Below, one piece after another: positions 26,899-35,696 of a stretch of 64,000 nucleotides of DNA. Origin of the DNA: a virus; the IMG/VR virus record IMGVR_UViG_3300009431_000003, one strand, 5' to 3'. Below the pieces are notes generated by a model. The model saw only the letters and a list, made by a program, of their open reading frames with translations, had not been told where the DNA came from and did not search any database. Positions within the stretch are counted from its first letter, which is position 1; the number at the start of each line of letters is the position of its first letter. A program made the position numbers and the translations under genes.

Positions 26899-28409
26899 TA
26901 TTTACCCATCATACCATCAAGTATCTCTCTATGATCATTAGGTAAGCTTTCGTAAATTGCTACGGGATCCTGCTTCATCTGCTCCGCAGAGCCTTCACCA
27001 AACAATTCATCTACTTCAGCGGCATTTACATCATCCTGCAAAAATTCTTCTAATTCCTCTCCAGGGAGTATCTCTATTTCCTGAGCAATTTTCTCCATAT
27101 TGCCAAAAGAAGACCAACAAGGATCAGGGATATAAGTGTCCCAGGCCCTGTTTAGTCCAGTAGTCTCATCAAATAAAGTCAGCAAAGATGCGATCTTCTC
27201 GTGCTGTAGTCCATTGGCTGCAGCCGTTTTTATATTGTACAGTACCTGCAATTGTTTGTCGTCAGTAACGTATGGCTCTCTGACGCAAATATTATCAATT
27301 ACCATGGGGTCAATATCCGCTGATCCATATTTCGCAATAGATACAGGAACTTTCTGTTGGTGCTGCTGTAAAGCAGATGCCAGTTTTATGGCCATTTCTC
27401 TTCGCTGTAAGGGATGCAACTTCCGCCCATGCTCAAGAAAATATCTTTCTGCCTGCTTTACTTGAGTATAACCATTCATCGGGTAACTAGCTTTTTTCTC
27501 TTGCTCTTTTTTGCGGCTTGCGCTGGTTTGAGCAATTGCACGAAATTTGCCCTTTGGCCCTTTGGCGAATAAAGTAAAGGGCTTTTTATGTCCCCGCTCA
27601 CGAAGAACAACGGCAGGGTCTCCTCGCTCAGCCGCACTTATTTGTGCAGCGTTCCAAGAACTTCTTTCTGTAGCTCTTCCACGCCCATGCCCAAAGAGCC
27701 CCCCAACCGCTCCTGCGCCGGTTATTCCAGCAAAAGCCAGTGCTTTTCTGGTGGCAGAACTTTCTTTTTTACGTACAGATATTTGAGCTGTAGGGTGATA
27801 CTTTCCTTGAGGGCCTCGTGCAGCCGCTAAAAATGGGGCCTTCCGACCTTTATTACGTACGAGGATAAGAGGATCTCCTGCCCTTGCCATATCTCCAGCA
27901 ACTTGATTCCAGGCATTTCTCTCACCTTTTCGACCAAATTCACTTCCTGCAAAACCAGCCCCAGCACCTACAGTCCCCATGCCCAACAACGCAGCTACCA
28001 ATTGCTTACCTTTATCTACTGGTAGTTTTGGGGCGGCTTTCTTTGTTTGGCCGTTTAAAGCCATATTAACTTCGTCAACAACCCCATATGCCTGAGCAAA
28101 CTTCTGTAACCCTTTAATTGTCTGTGCTTGATCCTCATTAGGCATTTGTTTTCCCGTTGTCGAAAAGTACAAAGCTTGTAAGACAACACTACCTGGATCA
28201 ACACAAGCAAACTTTTTTAAAATCCCTTCCGGTCCATACCCGACATAGGCAAACCTATCCGTCGGCATAAGTTGAGTAACTTGCTTATTTTTGATATCCG
28301 CAGTCTTGATACTGTCCGGAATATCTTCCGTGTCCGGAAATATTGCTCGGAGTATTTCTCCTGTGGTATCATCTTGAAAATCTAATAATGCTTCAGACAA
28401 CTTAACCAT
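26898..28409 (-). CDS. Putative virion polyprotein with K-x-A motifs and a duplicated 85-aa cassette
   Basis: AGGAG RBS, about 10 K-x-A motifs, internal repeat at aa ~136-216 and ~221-301. Confidence 0.65.
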   Translation of the reverse strand: MVKLSEALLDFQDDTTGEILRAIFPDTEDIPDSIKTADIKNKQVTQLMPTDRFAYVGYGPEGILKKFACVDPGSVVLQALYFSTTGKQMPNEDQAQTIKGLQKFAQAYGVVDEVNMALNGQTKKAAPKLPVDKGKQLVAALLGMGTVGAGAGFAGSEFGRKGERNAWNQVAGDMARAGDPLILVRNKGRKAPFLAAARGPQGKYHPTAQISVRKKESSATRKALAFAGITGAGAVGGLFGHGRGRATERSSWNAAQISAAERGDPAVVLRERGHKKPFTLFAKGPKGKFRAIAQTSASRKKEQEKKASYPMNGYTQVKQAERYFLEHGRKLHPLQRREMAIKLASALQQHQQKVPVSIAKYGSADIDPMVIDNICVREPYVTDDKQLQVLYNIKTAAANGLQHEKIASLLTLFDETTGLNRAWDTYIPDPCWSSFGNMEKIAQEIEILPGEELEEFLQDDVNAAEVDELFGEGSAEQMKQDPVAIYESLPNDHREILDGMMGK

Positions 28410-28458
28410 AACCAGCTCCTGTATGCTAGATACATAAGTTTAGAGGTTTTTCAGGGCC

Positions 28459-28488
28459 ATTGTAAAGGCGCTCTCTTACTTATGTCAA
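28459..28488 (-). promoter_or_regulatory. sigma70-like promoter TTGACA-N18-TACAAT for the portal operon
   Basis: Plus-strand TGTCAA at 28483-28488 and ATTGTA at 28459-28464, in a divergent intergenic gap. Confidence 0.72.
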
Positions 28489-28559
28489 GGCAATAAACTT
28501 AAAGAGTTTCGTCCATAAGGCTACTGCCTAAGAGTTTACCATTTAAAGGAGAAATATTT

Positions 28560-29003
28560 ATGAGCGAATACAGTTGCTACGGTCGAACTTATACTCCAGA
28601 AAAAATGAGCTGCCAAAGCTGTAAAGATAGAAATCAGTGCGCTCCATTATGTGGGCATTATCCTCCTACAATAACTCAGCAATACGCTGCCATTAACTCT
28701 GCTTCTCCAACCCCACCTCCGTCTGTTCCTGTACCTTCTTTTCCTTTAGGAATACCCCCAGGACAGTCTACGTACCAAGTAGCCTCAATTCCTCCTACAA
28801 TGCCCCAAACACAAGGACAACAAATTGCCCAGCTAACCCCCCAAATACCCAGAGCTTTAAGCATTCCCATGCCACTGCCCCGGATTACCAGACCAACAGA
28901 TAACGAGTCTCATCTGGCTCGATTGGCAAAAAATACCGCAATGTCCTCTATAGAGATGGCCATGGCAAATTTTTACCTCTGGCTTACTCAACTGGAGGTA
29001 TAG
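28560..29003 (+). CDS. Hypothetical protein: Cys-rich N-terminus, Pro/Gln-rich linker, helical C-terminus
   Basis: AAAGGAG RBS, CYG..CxxC...C...C pattern; first gene of the replication block. Confidence 0.6.
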   Translation: MSEYSCYGRTYTPEKMSCQSCKDRNQCAPLCGHYPPTITQQYAAINSASPTPPPSVPVPSFPLGIPPGQSTYQVASIPPTMPQTQGQQIAQLTPQIPRALSIPMPLPRITRPTDNESHLARLAKNTAMSSIEMAMANFYLWLTQLEV

Positions 29004-29459
29004 ATGGAAATTGGAAAGCAGCTAACAGATTTACGTATAAGAGCAGGAATACGATCTACTAGAAAAGCGGCTCAATTGTTAGAGATACAGGGGGTCCATC
29101 TTTCTCACACAGCAATCTGGAAGATTGAAAAGAATTTAATAAAACCCAGGCTGGATACATTACATTGCTTATGTAGGTTATATAATGCGCCAAAAACAGC
29201 CCTCCCTTTTTATAATAGACTCCAAGCGGAAAAAAGACAAAAAAGGGAAAAGAATGATTTGGCGCCTGGAATATCAGAACTGATAAAGCATGAAATTAGG
29301 AACGAAATAATGCACTCTATTACAAAAATAAATGAAAATTATGGGATACCCGATCATTTTCGGGACAAAGGAGCATATCAGAACTACGTTGAGCAGGTAA
29401 AAAGAAAAATGCTTTTAGTGATTGAAAAAGTGACTACAGGTAAAAGGCGAGCAAAATGA
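29004..29459 (+). CDS. XRE-family HTH regulator
   Basis: LTDLRIRAG.STRKAA...LSHTAIWKIEKN...PRLDTL. Confidence 0.8.
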   Translation: MEIGKQLTDLRIRAGIRSTRKAAQLLEIQGVHLSHTAIWKIEKNLIKPRLDTLHCLCRLYNAPKTALPFYNRLQAEKRQKREKNDLAPGISELIKHEIRNEIMHSITKINENYGIPDHFRDKGAYQNYVEQVKRKMLLVIEKVTTGKRRAK

Positions 29460-30859
29460 AATACATATTCCACGAACGAAGTCCGGAGGCGGCTTATATA
29501 GACTATAATCTTTGGTTACCAAAAAAACACGTAAACCATCTAGCTATAATGCACCAACTTACATATTATACTTCCGATGGTCGGCCTCTATTTGTGGACT
29601 ATTATCAGACAAAAAACCACCTAGTCGTCCCCAGAATGTTTATTCAACCATGGCAGTATCCCCAATACGGATTTCCTTTCTACGATTTCAGGCAAAGAAA
29701 GTTTGACCGGTTTGATATCGTAACAAACCTCTCCGCCAGAGATACACACCCCACAGACACAACCGGAGTACAGTCTCTTTTAGATAATGAGCAAGGTATT
29801 TTGCACTATGCCTGTGCAAAAGGAAAAACTTCCGTAGCCCTTCGTGCCTGGATTGAAACAGGCGTGCCTGCAATTGTTTTAGTAGATGAAACAGCTCTGA
29901 TGGAACAATGGAAAAATAGATTACAGGCACATTTCTTCTATAAAGACTCCGGCAACCCGGTTGATGTAGGAGTAGTTCAAGGAAGCCTGTGTGATTACAA
30001 AGATAAACCAATTACAGTGGCTACTATTCAGACACTGACGCTCAATCCCAATAAATGGACCGAGCGACTTAGAAGGTATCATGGTATAGCCATTTTTGAT
30101 GAAGTTCATGTATTTGCCGCGCCAATGTTTTCCCGAGGAGCACCGTTACTAATAGGACGAAGATGGGGTGTAACCGCCACATATTTTCGTACAGATAGTA
30201 TGGAGTCTGTCTACACAAATCATATAGGTCCTGTTCTGGATTTTGATCTGACCCCGGAAACTACTCCAAGAGGCTTGTTTATTAGAACAGGCACCGCTCT
30301 TGATAACAGTAATCCAAAAGATATGGCTGCAGTCCTCGACATAAATGGTAAATTTAACTTTTCTAAATATGTGGGGTGGCTCGGTCGTCATCCTAATAGA
30401 AATAATATAATTGTACAAATAGTAAATAAGTTACTGGCTTCGAACAGAAAAATACTGGCACTGACAGGCTGTTTCGACCAAACCAACATTTTGCACGACG
30501 AAATATCTATATCTGGTGTAATCAATCGAACAGTACACCAGAAAAAGCGTCTTGATTATCTTAATAAAAATAGGGTAATATTTGGCATACATAGATGCGC
30601 CATGAAGGGTTTAGATGAAATTACTCTGGACACTTTAGTTGTCCTTACTCCAGTCAAAAACCCAAATATGCTACAGCAAATGTTCGGACGGATACAACGA
30701 CAACTCAAAGGAAAAAAGGAGGGACTTATTATCGTCTTGGAGGACGGAGACTTTTCTTCTTACAACAAAGCCGTAAAAATCCGAAAATATATGGACGATA
30801 AGAACATACCACATACAACCACAAACCTACATGCTTTTTTAGGAGGAAACTATGAATGA
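29456..30859 (+). CDS. Superfamily 2 helicase (UvsW/ResIII-like)
   Basis: KGKT, DEVH, GVTAT and QMFGRIQR motifs. Confidence 0.85.
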   Translation: MKYIFHERSPEAAYIDYNLWLPKKHVNHLAIMHQLTYYTSDGRPLFVDYYQTKNHLVVPRMFIQPWQYPQYGFPFYDFRQRKFDRFDIVTNLSARDTHPTDTTGVQSLLDNEQGILHYACAKGKTSVALRAWIETGVPAIVLVDETALMEQWKNRLQAHFFYKDSGNPVDVGVVQGSLCDYKDKPITVATIQTLTLNPNKWTERLRRYHGIAIFDEVHVFAAPMFSRGAPLLIGRRWGVTATYFRTDSMESVYTNHIGPVLDFDLTPETTPRGLFIRTGTALDNSNPKDMAAVLDINGKFNFSKYVGWLGRHPNRNNIIVQIVNKLLASNRKILALTGCFDQTNILHDEISISGVINRTVHQKKRLDYLNKNRVIFGIHRCAMKGLDEITLDTLVVLTPVKNPNMLQQMFGRIQRQLKGKKEGLIIVLEDGDFSSYNKAVKIRKYMDDKNIPHTTTNLHAFLGGNYE

Positions 30860-31235
30860 GACTATAGCCTACACTGTATATGATCATTATAAAGATAAAG
30901 TAATCTGCCTGAACGATACTGCGGGCCTTACTTACATAGGTATCGTAGTAGACCAACCAGGAACACATCTTTTAGCTCTGGCAGAAGCCGTAATGGTGAT
31001 CATAAATCCTATCCCAAAAAAGGATGCCAAAGGTGAAATGCGTTTGGATATGTTTAGTCTGATTACTCATATTTCACCATTATCTTATTGCCCTGACTCA
31101 TTACTAATCGAGCCTAGAAGCGGCGTCTTTCCTGTTCCTGAACATTCTAAATTAATGAAACGATATCGGACAGCAGTCGCCTCTGGAGACAAAAATAAAG
31201 CCAGAGATACCGAGCTTATTGTGGTGAAGCAATGA
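30852..31235 (+). CDS. Hypothetical protein
   Basis: AGGAGG RBS; operon coupling. Confidence 0.55.
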   Translation: MNETIAYTVYDHYKDKVICLNDTAGLTYIGIVVDQPGTHLLALAEAVMVIINPIPKKDAKGEMRLDMFSLITHISPLSYCPDSLLIEPRSGVFPVPEHSKLMKRYRTAVASGDKNKARDTELIVVKQ

Positions 31236-31981
31236 CCTTTCAACCTTTCAATATACTCTATGAGAAGTATAAAGAGTGTACCCGTTGTCCTTTTTGCGAA
31301 ACAAGAGAAAATATAGTTTGGGGAGAGGGGCACCCAAACGCCCGAATTGTTTTTGTTGGGGAAGGTCCCGGTAAAGGGGAAAATAAAATAGGGAGGCCTT
31401 TTATTGGAAAATCCGGACAAGTACTGACCCGACTAATAGCAGCATTTACCACATCGCCGGAAATAAGGAAGATGGTAAACAAAGGATATATGCACGAAGC
31501 TATCCGAAATACATTATACGAACACGAAGGTATATACATTACAAATTCCGTACTCTGTGGGGACGGAGAACAAAAACCAAAAAAGAAACACCTCAGAGCC
31601 TGTCGAGAGCGGTTAATGTACGAATTATATACAATAGACCCTATTTGTGTGATTGCCCTTGGAGGCCCAGCAGCCTCAATACTTCTCGATCGAGATGTAA
31701 AAATTACTCAGGAACACGGGAGATTTGTTCCTTTTGAAATCAAAAAGGAATATTTTAAACAAAAAGATTATCCTATTATTCAAGACTCCATAACTAAAAC
31801 ACTACTTATTACATATCACCCAGCCTATCTACTTAGAAATATAGATACCCACTTAAAAGACAAGTCTGCAAGTGTGTGGTTTCAAATGGCTGAAGATATT
31901 TATAGTGCTTTTTATTGGACGGACCAGGTGGAATTCACTCAATGGAACAGCATGATTGCTCCAGAAAGGAAAGAGAAATGA
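31232..31981 (+). CDS. udg: Uracil-DNA glycosylase, family 4
   Basis: CxxC, VGEGPG, GRPFIG, TNSVLC and TYHPAYLLR motifs. Confidence 0.9.
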   Translation: MTFQPFNILYEKYKECTRCPFCETRENIVWGEGHPNARIVFVGEGPGKGENKIGRPFIGKSGQVLTRLIAAFTTSPEIRKMVNKGYMHEAIRNTLYEHEGIYITNSVLCGDGEQKPKKKHLRACRERLMYELYTIDPICVIALGGPAASILLDRDVKITQEHGRFVPFEIKKEYFKQKDYPIIQDSITKTLLITYHPAYLLRNIDTHLKDKSASVWFQMAEDIYSAFYWTDQVEFTQWNSMIAPERKEK

Positions 31982-32472
31982 TGCAGCCAAAAACTCCAGA
32001 ACAAAAGCCTTATACCCCAGAGCAGCTACAAAAAGCTCAGCAGCTCTTAGAGGCTGTGCAAACCAATGTAGAAAGACAAACAGAATTGCTTCATAAAATT
32101 GAGATAAACCAAGCAAAAGAATGGAACGAGTTGCAGGAACTGCGAGACATCTACCCCGAAATAGAAAAGGCTCTGAAACAATACATTCGTGTTGAAAATA
32201 TGCAATATGGACCTCTTAAACCTAAAGCGAATAATACAGAATTTTTTAAACCGATGCCGTTTATTGCTCTGGCCGCAGAAAAAGGACTTTATGAAGATAT
32301 GATTAAATTTGGGGTTATCACATTTAGTATAAACAAGAAGGAAGCTGAAAATTATCTGGCTAAATATCCCGAGCTACTTCCTGTTTTTAATACCTTCCGA
32401 GATAAGAGACTCAATTACGTTGCGGTATATGGAGTCCCAAAACAACCAGAACTGGAAAATAAAAAGAAATGA
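31978..32472 (+). CDS. Hypothetical protein
   Basis: The in-frame ATG at 31978 overlaps the udg stop; the track starts it at 31915. Confidence 0.55.
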   Translation: MMQPKTPEQKPYTPEQLQKAQQLLEAVQTNVERQTELLHKIEINQAKEWNELQELRDIYPEIEKALKQYIRVENMQYGPLKPKANNTEFFKPMPFIALAAEKGLYEDMIKFGVITFSINKKEAENYLAKYPELLPVFNTFRDKRLNYVAVYGVPKQPELENKKK

Positions 32473-32855
32473 GGACACCTACAGAGATTATCGGCAAGGT
32501 GCCTACAGGTATTTTAGTAGGCGAAGTTGTTTTTGAAAATACGGGCGAAGTACTTAAGTACCAAGCTGTTTTACCAACGGAGGAACTAATGGCAGATAAT
32601 TTTTACGCGGAAAGAAATAAAAAGGGAGGCTTTAAAGCGGGAATCAGATGGCCTATAAAAACATTTGGAGAAGCAGCACTAGTCAAAGGGACCTCTCTCG
32701 GGGTCGAAATAATGCTGGAAGCCGAATGTGATAATGATGCAGTTACCGTGGCCGAAGTCATGCAGCGACTCCAAAACGACGCACGATACTACGCGATGCA
32801 AGGTCTTAAGCAAATACGAGAAGATGCTCAGGCTCACTTTCACATTAATTCCTAA
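32469..32855 (+). CDS. Hypothetical protein
   Basis: ATGA overlap with the upstream gene. Confidence 0.55.
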   Translation: MRTPTEIIGKVPTGILVGEVVFENTGEVLKYQAVLPTEELMADNFYAERNKKGGFKAGIRWPIKTFGEAALVKGTSLGVEIMLEAECDNDAVTVAEVMQRLQNDARYYAMQGLKQIREDAQAHFHINS

Positions 32856-32866
32856 TAGGAAATGCT

Positions 32867-33178
32867 ATGGATACAAAGATGAGGTACGCCCCAATAGTTC
32901 CCCCTATTGGGGACATTCATTGGGTTTTTATCGAGAAGGTGGTAATCGATTTTAATAACAAGACTCCTTTACAGGTTTCATATAAAACTCTTGATGTACA
33001 CGGCTCTACAGTAACTAGTGGGGTTTATCATGGAGGTATGTCCATTAACAGAGAGGTTGCCACTCAAATACTTACAGTGGTAACTAATCTCGCCAGCGAA
33101 ATCTCAAGAGCGGTTTTGGGCATAAAAACAAAAGATGCGGTTGAGGAGACAGATGCTAGAAAAATTGAACAATTGTAA
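32867..33178 (+). CDS. Hypothetical protein
   Basis: In the operon; AGGA RBS. Confidence 0.5.
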   Translation: MDTKMRYAPIVPPIGDIHWVFIEKVVIDFNNKTPLQVSYKTLDVHGSTVTSGVYHGGMSINREVATQILTVVTNLASEISRAVLGIKTKDAVEETDARKIEQL

Positions 33179-33189
33179 AGGAGAGGTAT

Positions 33190-34632
33190 ATGCTGGATCT
33201 TGAGCAGGCTCTCCTCTATAAAATACTCGAAACCGGCGACTTTGACTACATTGACTCAGAGGGTATTACAAGCGCACTAATAACAGATACTCTCCTGGCC
33301 CACTTGTTTGATAAGATTCAAACACATTACCACAAAGCGGAGACAAAAGGGGAAACACTGTCAATGCGTCAAGCTGCCTATATCTACCCATCAATTACAG
33401 CGATCCCACCCCCACAGGAAAATCTAAAAACTCTTGTAAGGGACCTACGGAATGATTATGTCTGTCGTAGACTAGGCAACCTAAGCCATACAATCAATAG
33501 TCTTACAATAGAAGGGGATGCGCGAAGAGCTATTGCTGCCATTCAGGAAGAATTAAAGGAGTTGGAACGGAGCACAGGTTCCTCCCGAGATTTAGTTCTT
33601 ACAGAACATTACGACCGTATCCTTAAAAAGTATATCATTATTAGGGACCATCAAGGGTTAACAGGAATACCGTGGCCCTGGAACCCTTTAAATGAAGAAA
33701 CTTTAGGGATTCAGCGGGGGGATTACATTATATTCTCCGCTCGCCCAAAGAGCATGAAGACATGGGTGTTAATCTATTTGGCTTACCATGCGTACGTCAA
33801 CTCCGGTCGGCGAGTACTTTTTTATACCCGAGAAATGAGTCCGGAAATAATTCTCCGACGAATGGTGGCTATGTCCGGAAAAGTAGACTACAAAAGCTTT
33901 ATTAAAGCCAGGCTTACTTATGAAGAAGAAGCTAATGTTCTCCGTAGCATACAAAACCTGAAAGTTGAAGAACAGCTCCAGCGAGCCAGTGGTAACCCTA
34001 GATCATTGCTTCAAGTAACAAACCTATCTGATGCAGGGCATGGGAGCGGAATCCTTGGGTTATCCAAAAAGATTAAAGAGATGAAGCCCGATCTGGTTTG
34101 TATTGATGCAATATATCTTATGCCGGATGACAGAGCAAAAAAAGGTACAGCTGAGCATACAAAGCATTTACACGTTTCTCGGGATGTCAGGGGACTGGCT
34201 CTTGACGAGCAGCTTCCTGTTGTCGGCACTACTCAAGTAAATCGTGCTGGAGCAGATACGAAAGGAACATCCTCTAAGGAAGGGGCTTTTACTGATGCTT
34301 ACATGCAAGATGCCGAAATCTTGGCCCGAATTAACTTGAGGAGGAGAAAACAAGATGCGGTAATTATTCTGTCCGGTGGACGGGAGACTAACTTAGACGG
34401 ATTCATCATAAATACCAGACCAGCATATGACTTTAGTCATAAGAAAGGGCCTCTCCCCCCAAACTACCTAAAACTTCTTGGATATGATCCTAATGAGGAT
34501 GAGGAAGATGACCCTCATGAGTACAAATCTACTATGGATAAACCTTTACAAGGCAAAGATCGATCAGATAAACAGCAACAGGTCTCTGTAAATAAAGCCA
34601 GTAAAGCTGCACGAATAAAATTTACTATCTAG
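33190..34632 (+). CDS. dnaB: DnaB-like replicative helicase
   Basis: TGIPWPW..LN..TLG, IIFSARPKSMKT, FYTREMS, VCIDAIYL, GTTQVNR, and D.YMQDA motifs. Confidence 0.85.
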   Translation: MLDLEQALLYKILETGDFDYIDSEGITSALITDTLLAHLFDKIQTHYHKAETKGETLSMRQAAYIYPSITAIPPPQENLKTLVRDLRNDYVCRRLGNLSHTINSLTIEGDARRAIAAIQEELKELERSTGSSRDLVLTEHYDRILKKYIIIRDHQGLTGIPWPWNPLNEETLGIQRGDYIIFSARPKSMKTWVLIYLAYHAYVNSGRRVLFYTREMSPEIILRRMVAMSGKVDYKSFIKARLTYEEEANVLRSIQNLKVEEQLQRASGNPRSLLQVTNLSDAGHGSGILGLSKKIKEMKPDLVCIDAIYLMPDDRAKKGTAEHTKHLHVSRDVRGLALDEQLPVVGTTQVNRAGADTKGTSSKEGAFTDAYMQDAEILARINLRRRKQDAVIILSGGRETNLDGFIINTRPAYDFSHKKGPLPPNYLKLLGYDPNEDEEDDPHEYKSTMDKPLQGKDRSDKQQQVSVNKASKAARIKFTI

Positions 34633-34641
34633 GAGAATATC

Positions 34642-35682
34642 GTGGACCTTATGCACCTAGTTAAAGGGCTTCTTAGAGGAGCCAAAAAATCAGGAGAAAG
34701 ATTTATTCAATCTTATTGTCCTTTCCATAAAGGCGGGCAAGAAATAAAACGATCTTTCATGATTAGTAAAACTGATGGGCATTGGTGGTGTTATTCATGT
34801 AAGCAGTACGGAGACTTAAAAAGGCTCTTTTCAATGCTGGGGGCAACCTCTTCATTTTATACAGACTTTGCGAGCCAGTATGAAGGGATAGGCGTAGTTG
34901 AGCATCCTAAAACTTTAGATAACTCTCCTTTTAATACAGATCCTGTGTTGCCCGAAGGTCTTTTAGGAGTATATGATTACATGCCTACAGTACTAACACA
35001 AAAAGGATATCACCCTTCCACTCTTAAATTCTTTGAAGTCGGAGTTGACCTACGAAGATATCGTATAACTTTTCCCATAAGGGACCTGGATGGAACTTTA
35101 GTTGGTATTGCCGGCAAGCGATTGTTGGAAGAAGAAGTTGAGACGCTTGGAAAGTATACAATTTATAGGCCAAGCGAAATCGATGCAGAAGTATCAGGAT
35201 ATTCTATACCTTACACAGGCAGATATCTATGGAACGCACACAACCTGATGAGACACAAAGAAGCAGGTAAAAAGTTTGATTTTGTTATAGTTGTCGAAGG
35301 CTATAAAGCTTTAATGTGGGTATGGCAGTGTGGGTTCCCGGAAGTTGTAGCAACTTTTGGTGCAAAAATAACATTTCCCTATATACCTCGCTTTGGAAAG
35401 TATACTCCAGAGAGGTATAAAGTCCCTGTAAAGAACCAAGTACAGGCTATTCTTCGACTGAGCCCAAAGCGGGTTCTTTTATTCTTTGATAACGACTCTA
35501 CGGGAAGGAGCGCCACTTATGGAGATCGCATGTCTCTAGGAGGATTTAAAAAAAAAGGGCTGGCACTTAAGCTCTCTAATTATGTACCTGTGCAGATCAT
35601 GCCATACCCCCGGCAAGATGCTATGCAGCCAGACTTTTTAAGTTCAACAGAAATCGAATGGTCATTTATAAACGCAGCATGA
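34642..35682 (+). CDS. dnaG: DNA primase (CHC2 zinc finger + TOPRIM)
   Basis: CPFH...WCYSC, ITFPIRD..G.LVG, VVEG and FDND motifs. Confidence 0.85.
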   Translation: MDLMHLVKGLLRGAKKSGERFIQSYCPFHKGGQEIKRSFMISKTDGHWWCYSCKQYGDLKRLFSMLGATSSFYTDFASQYEGIGVVEHPKTLDNSPFNTDPVLPEGLLGVYDYMPTVLTQKGYHPSTLKFFEVGVDLRRYRITFPIRDLDGTLVGIAGKRLLEEEVETLGKYTIYRPSEIDAEVSGYSIPYTGRYLWNAHNLMRHKEAGKKFDFVIVVEGYKALMWVWQCGFPEVVATFGAKITFPYIPRFGKYTPERYKVPVKNQVQAILRLSPKRVLLFFDNDSTGRSATYGDRMSLGGFKKKGLALKLSNYVPVQIMPYPRQDAMQPDFLSSTEIEWSFINAA

Positions 35683-35696
35683 AAGGAATTTAGTTT

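Noticed and set aside
29456-35682. Non-canonical motifs (CAKGKT, RPKSMKT, EGYKA) as signs of inactive enzymes
   Set aside because: The catalytic Lys/Thr and acidic residues are retained, and such variants are common in phage enzymes.
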